A DNA stretch of 58,689 nt from contig CAZBNX010000001.1 of assembly GCA_964493255.1 (NCBI GenBank), positions 8,613 to 67,301 of the forward strand, given 5' to 3'. The position numbers were made by a program, and so were the translations under genes. The notes beneath the pieces were generated by a model. That model had not been told where the DNA came from and made no database searches. It saw only the letters and a program-made list of their open reading frames with translations. Below, one piece after another: positions 51,012 to 58,689 of this stretch. This DNA is from an uncultured Pseudomonas sp. (GTDB taxonomy: Bacteria > Pseudomonadota > Gammaproteobacteria > Pseudomonadales > Pseudomonadaceae). The stretch's first letter is position 1; each line of letters starts with the position of its first letter.

Positions 51012-52721
51012 ATGGAACAGCAGCAAGCTGAAGAAACCTATACGCGCCTTGATAATCCAGAGCGTTGCAAAGATTTACTAACGAATTTATGCGACAAGGG
51101 TGAAACGCATTTAGTGTGTATACACCAAGAGCAGCAGCCTTTACCCGTTGTATTACATCAAGTATTGCCAGGCGATATGTTGGTGTTAGATTTGACTACA
51201 GCGCCCGGCGTCGCAGACATGTTGGAAAAAATGCCCGCGTCGTTTGTATTGTCGGGGCGTTCCGGTGGTACGTTGCTGCAAACGTCACCGTTATATCCGC
51301 GTCAGCGTTTAGAAGCCGATGGGCGTATACAGATTTCATGCGATTGGCCTGCATGGTTGGAGGTATTACACCGTCGCAGCTCGTTCCGTGCTGAATTAAA
51401 TAACAGCATGAAGGTTGACGTTAATATCCGGTGTCAGCGTTATGATCGGTTGTTTAATGCGAAATTAATAAATTTATCATTAGGGGGCTGCTTATTAGAG
51501 TTGCCTGCATTGGGTGAGGCGCGTCATTTAGTATCGGGTGATATTTTAGAAAAGGTAGAACTGATTTTCCCAAATGGACAGCAAGTTATTTTAACGTCAT
51601 TAATTTGCCATGCTCAGTTAAACATAAATGGCAAAACAATGAGTCTAGGATGTGCTTTTAATGATTTAGATGCCGATTTAGAACGACGCATGTGGTTCTT
51701 TGTTCGAGAAATTGAACGTGAGCGTGCGCGTACTACGTTGGATGGTGATCCATCGTTAGCGCCTTCTGAATTATTTATTCCTGCGCGTAAAACGGGTATG
51801 CAGGCGTCAGACCGTCAACATGGTTTGGATTATGCGACGCCCATGGCACGTCGCTTGGCGCGTGTTGCTGTTTATTTAAATGCACAAATCCAGCGTTTGC
51901 AAAAAGGGGGAGATATTGATTCTGTACAATTATCTCGACACAGTGAGTTTCTTTTAGAGTTGTTAGATGAGGATCGTGAGTCATTATTGTTCGCCAGCCA
52001 CTGTTTAATAGAAGATTTACCGTTAATTCAACATAGTATTGCTGTTTCTGTACGGTTGGCTGATTTAATTATGGCGCGAAATGCGCCGCGCGAATTAGTT
52101 AAAAGTGTTGTTGCGTGTGCATTAGTACATGATTTGGGTAAAGCGTTATTGCCTGCTTCATTATTGCATGTTGAGCGTATGACGCTCGAACAACGACAAG
52201 AATTTGCCAGCCATGTTTCTCTGATACGAATGCGGATGGGGGCATGTAAATGGATTCCAGAAGGCGTTATGCGCGGTATTATTGATGGAATTAACGAGCG
52301 ATTAGATGGTAGTGGTTATCCATTATCATTGAGTGGAAATCAATTAGGTGAATTAGCCAGAGTTGCAGCAGTTGTTGATGTTATTGATGCAATGAGTCGT
52401 GCTAGACCTGACCGCCCCGGTCAGCCAGTAAGTGGTATATATCGTTATTTAATTGGGCGTGAGGCACAGCTTGATGCTCAGTGGTGCAGCCGATATATAA
52501 GACACTTTGGCATTATTCCTATTGGTGCGTTGGTGCGTTTTTCTACGGGGCAATTAGCGTGGGTACAGAGCTTGGATGCACAGGGGCGAATTGCAGGTGT
52601 TCATCTGACCGATTCAGCCACCCTACAAGGTAAGACGTTAGGGCATACGCTATCGGGGCCCACGCTGGAAGCATTAGGACGAGTTGACGGTATTATTGTT
52701 CCCAAAATGGGATGGGTTTAG
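51012..52721 (+). CDS. YcgR/PilZ flagellar-brake domain fused to an HD-GYP-like domain
   Basis: PilZ motifs RRSSFR and NLSLGG. HD-GYP elements HSIAVS, HDLGK, INERLDGSGYP, VVDVIDAM..RP.R. Confidence 0.85.
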   Translation: MEQQQAEETYTRLDNPERCKDLLTNLCDKGETHLVCIHQEQQPLPVVLHQVLPGDMLVLDLTTAPGVADMLEKMPASFVLSGRSGGTLLQTSPLYPRQRLEADGRIQISCDWPAWLEVLHRRSSFRAELNNSMKVDVNIRCQRYDRLFNAKLINLSLGGCLLELPALGEARHLVSGDILEKVELIFPNGQQVILTSLICHAQLNINGKTMSLGCAFNDLDADLERRMWFFVREIERERARTTLDGDPSLAPSELFIPARKTGMQASDRQHGLDYATPMARRLARVAVYLNAQIQRLQKGGDIDSVQLSRHSEFLLELLDEDRESLLFASHCLIEDLPLIQHSIAVSVRLADLIMARNAPRELVKSVVACALVHDLGKALLPASLLHVERMTLEQRQEFASHVSLIRMRMGACKWIPEGVMRGIIDGINERLDGSGYPLSLSGNQLGELARVAAVVDVIDAMSRARPDRPGQPVSGIYRYLIGREAQLDAQWCSRYIRHFGIIPIGALVRFSTGQLAWVQSLDAQGRIAGVHLTDSATLQGKTLGHTLSGPTLEALGRVDGIIVPKMGWV

Positions 52722-52729
52722 CTGTAAAG

Positions 52730-52773
52730 TAAAATGCAGCTCGGTCGGCAGGAAAAAATCGAGCTGCATTTTA
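52730..52773. terminator. Bidirectional terminator between convergent genes
   Basis: Perfect 14-bp inverted repeat TAAAATGCAGCTCG / CGAGCTGCATTTTA. Confidence 0.8.
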
Positions 52774-52785
52774 TCTGGCTGATAT

Positions 52786-53160
52786 TCAAGCCTTTTCTTG
52801 TAGTAAGCGGCCACTCATTTTTTCCAAGTTCTCTGCAATTCGTAGCACTTCTTCGCTTGGAAATTGGCGAATAACCTCTCCGCTTTCGCGATCAACAACG
52901 CGCGTGACGAGACGTTTACCCGGTTCAGCAACTTGGAACTCAACGCCGGTATTGCTCATGCTCTCGTTGATGCGTTGAACGGGTGCCAGCAGTTCATCTC
53001 TTGTTACCAGAGAGGGTTTATTGCTTTCGCTTTTTGCTGCTGCTGTGCCCGCCGCCGCTGGCTCTTGTGACAATGTATTCTCAAGTTTTTGACGTGGATT
53101 GAGGCTACTTGTCGCTGGGCTGGGAGTAACAGAGCTGGCATCCAAAAGTGGTGAATTCAT
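52786..53160 (-). CDS. flaG: FlaG family protein
   Basis: VEFQV...RLVTRVVDRESGEVIRQFPSEEVLRIAE..GRLLQEKA; downstream of fliC; start refined. Confidence 0.9.
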   Translation of the reverse strand: MNSPLLDASSVTPSPATSSLNPRQKLENTLSQEPAAAGTAAAKSESNKPSLVTRDELLAPVQRINESMSNTGVEFQVAEPGKRLVTRVVDRESGEVIRQFPSEEVLRIAENLEKMSGRLLQEKA

Positions 53161-53224
53161 AGTATTTCCCCCATTGATTAACACTGATATCACGACCCTA
53201 CCTACATACTGATTTTCTACCACT

Positions 53225-53251
53225 TTAGCGAAAGGGTGAAGTGCTTCTTTA
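53225..53251 (-). promoter_or_regulatory. Possible weak sigma-28 promoter for flaG
   Basis: TAAA-N15-TTCGCTAA on the minus strand (-10 matches 5/8), downstream of the fliC terminator. Confidence 0.3.
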
Positions 53252-53351
53252 GATATGAGTGGTGGAAGTATAGGGCAGTTAATAAGGCCGTCTTATGGTA
53301 TCAGTATAAAAGCGTTTTGCAGAATATATACGAGCATGAAATACAATAACG

Positions 53352-53384
53352 AAAAAAAGAAGCGCCTTTGAGGCGCTTCCTTTT
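53352..53384 (-). terminator. Intrinsic terminator of fliC
   Basis: Minus strand GAAGCGCCT-CAA-AGGCGCTTC followed by T7. Confidence 0.88.
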
Positions 53385-53409
53385 AACGTGTAGCCAATAA
53401 TTCCAGCTA

Positions 53410-54240
53410 TTACCGCAGCAGAGACAGGACGCCCTGTGGAATTTGGTTAGCTTGTGCCAGCACGCTGGTACCTGCTTGTTGCAGGATTTGGGCACGTGTC
53501 ATTTCTGCGACTTCTTTTGCGTAGTCGGCATCTTCGATACGTGAGCGCGCAGCGGAAAGATTGGTTTCGCTGTTTTGCAGGTTACTGATAACAGAGTCAA
53601 AACGGTTCAATGTTGCGCCGAGGCCACTGCGTGCGGTGTCAACGGTTTTCAGTGCCGCATCAACAGCGTCGATGGTAGCGTAAGCGGTGGTTGAGTCGGT
53701 AACTGCACCGGCTGCAAGATCGTCAACGGACAAGCCAGCAGTTGTGCCATCTGTCAGGCTGATAGTGATTGAGTCTTCCGCTTCAGTATTGGCACCAATC
53801 TGAATTTGCAGAGAAGTGTTAGTACCGTCTGCTAATTTAATGCCGTTGAATGAAGCACTTTTAGCAACGCGGTCGATCTCGTTAATACGCTCAGTGATTT
53901 CAGTTTGGATGGACTCACGGTCAGCAACGTCGTTGGTATCACTCGCCGCTTGAACAGCGAGTTCGCGCACACGTTGCAAGTTGTTGTTGATCTGATTCAA
54001 AGCACCTTCAGTGGTCTGAATCATGGAAATGCCGTCGTTAGCGTTGCGCTGTGCTTGAGCCATACCCTTGATTTGGGAGTTCATGCGGTTGGCAATTGCC
54101 TGACCAGCGGCGTCGTCTTTAGCACTGTTAATACGCATACCGGAAGAGAGACGCTCCATCGCGGTGCCCAGCGCATTACGGGAATGAGACAGGTTCTTCT
54201 GGGAAACCAGAGAGGACATGTTGGTGTTGATAATGGACAT
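53410..54240 (-). CDS. fliC: Flagellin (short, 276 aa)
   Basis: [62 protein letters not shown]. Confidence 0.98.
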   Translation of the reverse strand: MSIINTNMSSLVSQKNLSHSRNALGTAMERLSSGMRINSAKDDAAGQAIANRMNSQIKGMAQAQRNANDGISMIQTTEGALNQINNNLQRVRELAVQAASDTNDVADRESIQTEITERINEIDRVAKSASFNGIKLADGTNTSLQIQIGANTEAEDSITISLTDGTTAGLSVDDLAAGAVTDSTTAYATIDAVDAALKTVDTARSGLGATLNRFDSVISNLQNSETNLSAARSRIEDADYAKEVAEMTRAQILQQAGTSVLAQANQIPQGVLSLLR

Positions 54241-54341
54241 ACTATGTACTCCTCACGTTTTCGATTGCTGCTTGCAACAGCGTAGTTTTTCTTGCATCAC
54301 AACAGCAGGGGTACGTACTACGCTGCTCGCTGTTACTTCCC

Positions 54342-54368
54342 CTATCGGCAAGCGTACCTAAAGCTTTA
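54342..54368 (-). promoter_or_regulatory. Sigma-28 promoter of fliC
   Basis: TAAA-GCTTTAGGTACGCTT(15)-GCCGATAG, preceded by an A/T tract resembling an UP element. Confidence 0.92.
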
Positions 54369-54511
54369 GGGAAAATTTCAAAAAAAAACGATTTTTCTAA
54401 AAAATCGGTGCAAGTCTTGGTGTAGCGTGCAAAACAGAAACGTCAGGATAACCTGTATAGAGCGAGTGTCTTTGCGTTGATTTTGATTTTTACTCGAATT
54501 TGGAGTGATGA

Positions 54512-55309
54512 ATGAACCCCTCTACGTTAATTGGGATATTTTCCAGCGTGGCTTTGTTGGCCGTGTTGCTATTATTTGCGGCCGAAGATCCAAGGCTTTT
54601 TTTAGATTTACCAAGTTTAGGGATCGTTCTTATTGGAACGCTCGCGGCTACTTTTATTAGTTACCCGTTGGGTGAGGTAATGCGTATATTTGGATTATTT
54701 GGTACCGTATTGCGTAATGAGAAAATGTACGCAGAAAACGATATTGAAGAGTTGGTCAATATATCAAGATTATGGATGTCTGGCAGTATTAGGCAAGTGG
54801 AGAGCGCATTAGAAAATGTACGTAATCCGTTTTTGAAAACAGGGGTGCAACTGGTTGTAGATAATACACCGGAGGAAGATATTTTAGAGTTATTACAATG
54901 GAGAATTGCGCGCTTACGAGCAAGAGAACATGCAGAAGCGCAGTTATTCCGCGTTATGGCAGGTTTTGCGCCTGCTTTTGGTATGGTGGGAACGCTGGTT
55001 GGTTTAGTTAATTTAATGTTTTTGTTAGGTGATGGAGATATGGTAGCTATCGGAAGACAGTTAGCCATTGCTCTTATGACTACATTTTATGGTGTTCTTC
55101 TCGCTAATCTTATCTTCAAGCCAGTTGCAGTAAAGTTAGAGCGTCGAACAGAACAGCGCGTCGTTTTAATGAACATGGTAATGCAGGGGATTTCTATGAT
55201 GAGTAATAAAAGAAGCCCCACATTAATGCGTGAAATCTTGAATACGTTTATGGCTCAATATCACGATGAAATTAATGATACTCGCTCGCGTCGCTCTAAT
55301 CGTGCGTAG
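54512..55309 (+). CDS. Second stator A subunit (PomA/MotP-like)
   Basis: FLDLPSLGIVLIGT, NPFLKTGVQLVVD, APAFGMVGTLVGLV, AIALMTTFYG..LANLIFKP. Confidence 0.88.
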   Translation: MNPSTLIGIFSSVALLAVLLLFAAEDPRLFLDLPSLGIVLIGTLAATFISYPLGEVMRIFGLFGTVLRNEKMYAENDIEELVNISRLWMSGSIRQVESALENVRNPFLKTGVQLVVDNTPEEDILELLQWRIARLRAREHAEAQLFRVMAGFAPAFGMVGTLVGLVNLMFLLGDGDMVAIGRQLAIALMTTFYGVLLANLIFKPVAVKLERRTEQRVVLMNMVMQGISMMSNKRSPTLMREILNTFMAQYHDEINDTRSRRSNRA

Positions 55310-55320
55310 GATGATGTCAT

Positions 55321-56199
55321 ATGAATACGCCATCAGATAAGCCAGATATTGAAGTAGTACCTCCTGAGTCGGTTGCAGCGGTTGTTGAAAACCCGCAGCC
55401 GCAAGCTGTTTCGGGAGGAACGATTACATCTTCTAAGCAAGCAATGTTACAACGGCAACGCGAATTAGAACGTGCTTTAGCACGATCTCAACAGGTAGCA
55501 CTGCGCGTTAAGCGTAAAAATATGAGTGCTACTGAAAATCTTACGGAGCCAGAAGAGGAAGTATGGTTAGTTACCTATCTTGATATGCTTACGTTATTAC
55601 TTGTTATGATGGTTATCATGGTAAGTTCAGCGGGGCATTTACAAAAAAAAGTAACTGAAAGTGAGGTAATAGCCACTTCGCAAAGTGGTATTTTACCGCT
55701 TAATTCTGGCGTTCTTCCTGATCAGCCGTTACCGCAGTCTCCTTCGTCTGTTGCAGATAACAATGATCCTTTGTCTGCGTTGTCTGTAGATCAATTGGGC
55801 AAAGATGTTGACGTTATTGTGAATGAAGGTTCGATTAGTTTTCGTATTAGTAGTGAAATTCTTTTCTCTTCTGGACAAGCCGAGCTTAGTTTAGATGGTT
55901 TGCGCGTATTACAAAAAATAGTTTCTGTACTCAGTAGTAGCCAGCATCAAATCTCTGTTGGTGGACATACGGATGCTGTTCCCATTCATAGTGTTCGTTT
56001 TCCTTCTAATTGGGAATTATCCAGTGCGCGTGCTGGAAGTGTTGTGCGCTATTTAGAAGCAAATGGCATCGCGAGTGGGCGTTTGCGTGCTGTTGGATAT
56101 GCCGATACTCATCCTTTGGCAGAAAATGCGAGCGCGGAAGGGCGTGCAACTAACAGACGTGTGGAGTTGGTTTTGGAAACGCCAAAGGCTACAAAATAG
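55321..56199 (+). CDS. Second stator B subunit (PomB/MotS-like, OmpA-type peptidoglycan-binding domain)
   Basis: WLVTYLDMLTLLLV transmembrane segment with the catalytic Asp; GHTD..FPSNWELSSARA..GYADTHP..NRRVE. Confidence 0.88.
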   Translation: MNTPSDKPDIEVVPPESVAAVVENPQPQAVSGGTITSSKQAMLQRQRELERALARSQQVALRVKRKNMSATENLTEPEEEVWLVTYLDMLTLLLVMMVIMVSSAGHLQKKVTESEVIATSQSGILPLNSGVLPDQPLPQSPSSVADNNDPLSALSVDQLGKDVDVIVNEGSISFRISSEILFSSGQAELSLDGLRVLQKIVSVLSSSQHQISVGGHTDAVPIHSVRFPSNWELSSARAGSVVRYLEANGIASGRLRAVGYADTHPLAENASAEGRATNRRVELVLETPKATK

Positions 56200-56227
56200 T
56201 GCGCTAATTTTAATTTTCTGCTCGTTA

Positions 56228-56244
56228 TGCGCCTTTTTTGTGCT
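56228..56244. promoter_or_regulatory. NtrC-like box (distal)
   Basis: TGCGCCTTTTTTGTGCT versus consensus TGCACCA-N3-TGGTGCA (17 bp). Confidence 0.4.
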
Positions 56245-56273
56245 TACAAACGGTTATTTGTAAGTAATTTTTT
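56242..56273 (+). terminator. Possible terminator after the second stator operon
   Basis: CTTACAAA / TTTGTAAG stem followed by TAATTTTTT; the stem is AT-rich, so weak. Confidence 0.4.
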
Positions 56274-56319
56274 CTTATAAAGCTAATTATGCAAGACACG
56301 ACACAAAAAAATCGTGTCT

Positions 56320-56336
56320 TGCTCATTTTTGGTGCA
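56320..56336. promoter_or_regulatory. NtrC-like box (proximal)
   Basis: TGCTCATTTTTGGTGCA; the right half TGGTGCA is perfect; about 80 bp upstream of the -24 element. Confidence 0.55.
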
Positions 56337-56406
56337 TTTTTGCGCGTGTTTTTCCTGATTTTTTAGCTGTCATTGAGTTGCTTTTTGAAAGGAATGCACA
56401 AAACTG

Positions 56407-56422
56407 TGGCATTGTTTTTGCT
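56407..56422 (+). promoter_or_regulatory. Sigma-54 (-24/-12) promoter
   Basis: TGGCATTGTTTTTGCT: GG-N10-GC with TGGCA and TTGCT, about 40 bp before the ATG at 56462. Confidence 0.75.
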
Positions 56423-56461
56423 CGAAATAGAGGTAAATCACGCTTCATTTCGGGAGATATC

Positions 56462-58585
56462 ATGTCCAAGCTAAAAAGCAGCACCATGCCACTTTCTGGC
56501 GCAGAGCGGCGCTGGTTACCTTGGCTTGGGCGAACTGGAAAAGTAGCGATGCGTTGGTCTTGTTGGTTAAATCGCAAAAGCTATCCGGTTGTTGAACAAA
56601 TATTTGAAGGCATTGCTCACACTCGCGTAAATATTTTACGTAATTGGGCGCAAACTCAATGGACGTGGTTAGCAGATATTGCTGAAAATATAAGCCAAGA
56701 TTTTAATCGCGTAACATCTAAGATGTTAGCCGAGAAATTAAAGCAATCTGCTAATACTACGGAATTGTTTGTAGTTTCAACAACAGGGCAACTCTTAGCC
56801 TCTAGCTGGGCGCATCATGATATTGATAGAAAATTAAATCCTCGTGCTCTACGCGCTGGTTTAAAGGCACCTTTCTTACATGGTCCTTATGTTGATACAT
56901 TAACATTGACCGTTGGTCCTTCTAGCTCGCGGTTTCATGATGAAGTCACGCTTATGTTTTATCAGCCAATTTATGCGGCGGGTAATTTATTAGGTTGTTT
57001 ATGTGCGCGCGTGCCTAATGATGTTTTAGGTGATTTAATTCAGCGTGAAGCGGGACATGTTTATACAGAGTCTGGTGACAATTACTTATTCATGGTTGAA
57101 TCCCGATTTGATACATCTATTTATCCAGGGACGGCACTTTCTCGTTCGCGTTTTGAAGACGATACATTTAGTCATGGGGATAATTTAAAAAATGGCATAC
57201 GTACTCGCTGGGGTACTGTGCAAATTAATCGCCATACTGAATTAGAGTTACGCTTTGTAGATCCTGCGACGAGAGAGTTACATCCTGGTGTGCGGGAAAC
57301 CATTCGTAATGGAAGTAATTTATTTGTAACTTATCCGGGTTATTCAGATTATCGGCACATTCCGGTGGTAGGCAAAGGCGTTACATTTCAGCTTCCGGGT
57401 TCTCCAGATCGCTGGGGTATGATGTGTGAAGCTGATTTAGAGGAGGTATATCGCCGCCGTTCTCTGACTTATAGTTTAATGTCTGCTTTTACTTTTGTGA
57501 TGGGTTTATGGTTAGGTTCCGGTATTTTATTGGAACACTACAGTGGTCTTCCGTTATTAGAGCGTAATTTGGCGCATTTGGCTTTATTAGTAGTCAGTAG
57601 TTTATTATTTTTGTTTTTAGGTCCGCGTCGCTTATCGCGTCGTTTGCGTGCTATGACAAGCGTTATTCGTGAGTTAGCTGAAGGTGAAGGAGATTTAAGT
57701 CAGCGATTAGATACCAAGCGTATGGCGCGCGATGAAACCGGTGACATGGTTTGCTGGATTAATAGCTTTATTGATAACTTAGATAATGTCGTAGGTGATG
57801 TAATTCGCGCCTCTCATGCTGTTGGGCGTACTAATGCACAGATGTTGGATCATAATAACAGTGCCTGTCACACTTCATCCGATATGGTAGATGCAATGGG
57901 TGCCATGTTAAGAATGGTGGAAGAGCAATTAGAAGAAATTCGTCAAGCCTCGCAAACGGCAGGCACAATGAAACAAGCAATGGACACCGTAATTGGTAGT
58001 GCGCGTGAAAGTACGCAAACTATTCGTAATGTAGTAGATCGTTCGGCCAATAGTGTGCAGGGCTTAGATAGTCGAATGGGTCAAATTGGAAAAATTGTTT
58101 CTTTAATTAGTGACGTGACGGTACAAACAAATCTTCTGGCCTTAAATGCCGCGATTGAAGCCGCGCGCGCTGGGCAGCACGGGCGTGGTTTTGCTGTGGT
58201 TGCCGGTGAGATTCGTACATTAGCGTCTCGTACAGCGGCAGCGGCTGAGGAAATTCGTCATGTTGTTGAGGGGTTGCAGGCGGAAACACGTGCTGCCGTT
58301 GCGTTTATGAACGATGGTGTGGCTAGTGTCGATGCCAGCTTGCGTGAAGCAGACCAAGGTTCTTCGGCGAATGCTCGACTACAGGCTTCTGTAGAGCAGG
58401 TATTTAGTTTAATGACGCATTTGGCGCATCGTAGCGAACAGTACGCGCATAACGTGCGTAAAGTAGACGAGTCAGCACATGAAACGCAGCATATTTTGTA
58501 TCAATTACAAGGAAGCTCGGCGAGTGTGCGTCATAACACTGAAAAGCTACAGCGTTTGGTTGGTCAGTTTACGGTGACAGATTAA
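56462..58585 (+). CDS. Atypical methyl-accepting chemotaxis protein with a large N-terminal domain preceding the membrane hairpin
   Basis: About 330-aa N-terminal domain with no obvious leading transmembrane segment, two close transmembrane segments, HAMP ([13 protein letters not shown]), [31 protein letters not shown]. Start refined after GGAGA. Confidence 0.88.
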   Translation: MSKLKSSTMPLSGAERRWLPWLGRTGKVAMRWSCWLNRKSYPVVEQIFEGIAHTRVNILRNWAQTQWTWLADIAENISQDFNRVTSKMLAEKLKQSANTTELFVVSTTGQLLASSWAHHDIDRKLNPRALRAGLKAPFLHGPYVDTLTLTVGPSSSRFHDEVTLMFYQPIYAAGNLLGCLCARVPNDVLGDLIQREAGHVYTESGDNYLFMVESRFDTSIYPGTALSRSRFEDDTFSHGDNLKNGIRTRWGTVQINRHTELELRFVDPATRELHPGVRETIRNGSNLFVTYPGYSDYRHIPVVGKGVTFQLPGSPDRWGMMCEADLEEVYRRRSLTYSLMSAFTFVMGLWLGSGILLEHYSGLPLLERNLAHLALLVVSSLLFLFLGPRRLSRRLRAMTSVIRELAEGEGDLSQRLDTKRMARDETGDMVCWINSFIDNLDNVVGDVIRASHAVGRTNAQMLDHNNSACHTSSDMVDAMGAMLRMVEEQLEEIRQASQTAGTMKQAMDTVIGSARESTQTIRNVVDRSANSVQGLDSRMGQIGKIVSLISDVTVQTNLLALNAAIEAARAGQHGRGFAVVAGEIRTLASRTAAAAEEIRHVVEGLQAETRAAVAFMNDGVASVDASLREADQGSSANARLQASVEQVFSLMTHLAHRSEQYAHNVRKVDESAHETQHILYQLQGSSASVRHNTEKLQRLVGQFTVTD

Positions 58586-58593
58586 GCAGAAAC

Positions 58594-58623
58594 AAAAAAG
58601 CCTGCATATCATTGGCAGGCTTT
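58594..58623. terminator. Bidirectional terminator between the MCP and tRNA-Phe
   Basis: AAAGCCTGC / GCAGGCTTT stem with an A6 run on the left (a U-tract for the tRNA strand). Confidence 0.8.
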
Positions 58624-58634
58624 GGGATTCTTTA

Positions 58635-58689
58635 TGGTGCCCAGGGACGGAATCGAACCGCCGACACGGGGATTTTCAATCCCCTGCTC
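58635..58689 (-). tRNA. tRNA-Phe(GAA), 3' part; 5' end lies beyond the window
   Basis: Reverse complement GAGCAGGGGA-TTGAAAA-TCCCCGTGTCGGCGGTTCGATTCCGTCCCTGGGCACCA: anticodon GAA at 58675-58677, T-loop GTTCGA, encoded CCA. Confidence 0.97.

Noticed and set aside
1-58689. CRISPR array, rRNA, frameshifted pseudogenes
   Set aside because: No spaced direct repeats or rRNA-like sequence seen; core flagellar genes appear full length.

Overview
Nearly the whole window (about 1.46-56.2 kb) is one complete flagellar and chemotaxis locus of the enteric FlhDC/sigma-28 type. Gene order: flgNMA, flgB-L, fliR-F, fliE, fliDST, a FliK-like + FlhB-C-terminal pair, flhDC, motAB, cheAW, three receptors including aer, cheRBYZ, flhBA, flhF, an flhG remnant, flhE, fliA, flaG and fliC. 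It lies between a partial probable methyltransferase gene on the left and a tRNA-Phe(GAA) on the right. The tRNA and left-flank protein look Pseudomonadaceae-like (recall, not a search). The most unusual elements are: (1) an 826-aa FlhF with a ~370-aa C-terminal extension, coupled to an ATPase-less FlhG remnant that keeps the DQAAGLR activator motif, inserted inside the enteric flhBA-flhE unit; (2) a YcgR/PilZ flagellar-brake protein fused to a degenerate HD-GYP domain, plus a PAS-PAS-GGDEF cyclase appended to flgMN; (3) a second, PomA/MotP-like stator with no motXY in the window; (4) an atypical chemoreceptor preceded by a sigma-54 promoter and NtrC-like boxes. No integrase, att repeat or CRISPR array was seen. 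All calls come from motif recognition by eye; no database searches were run.
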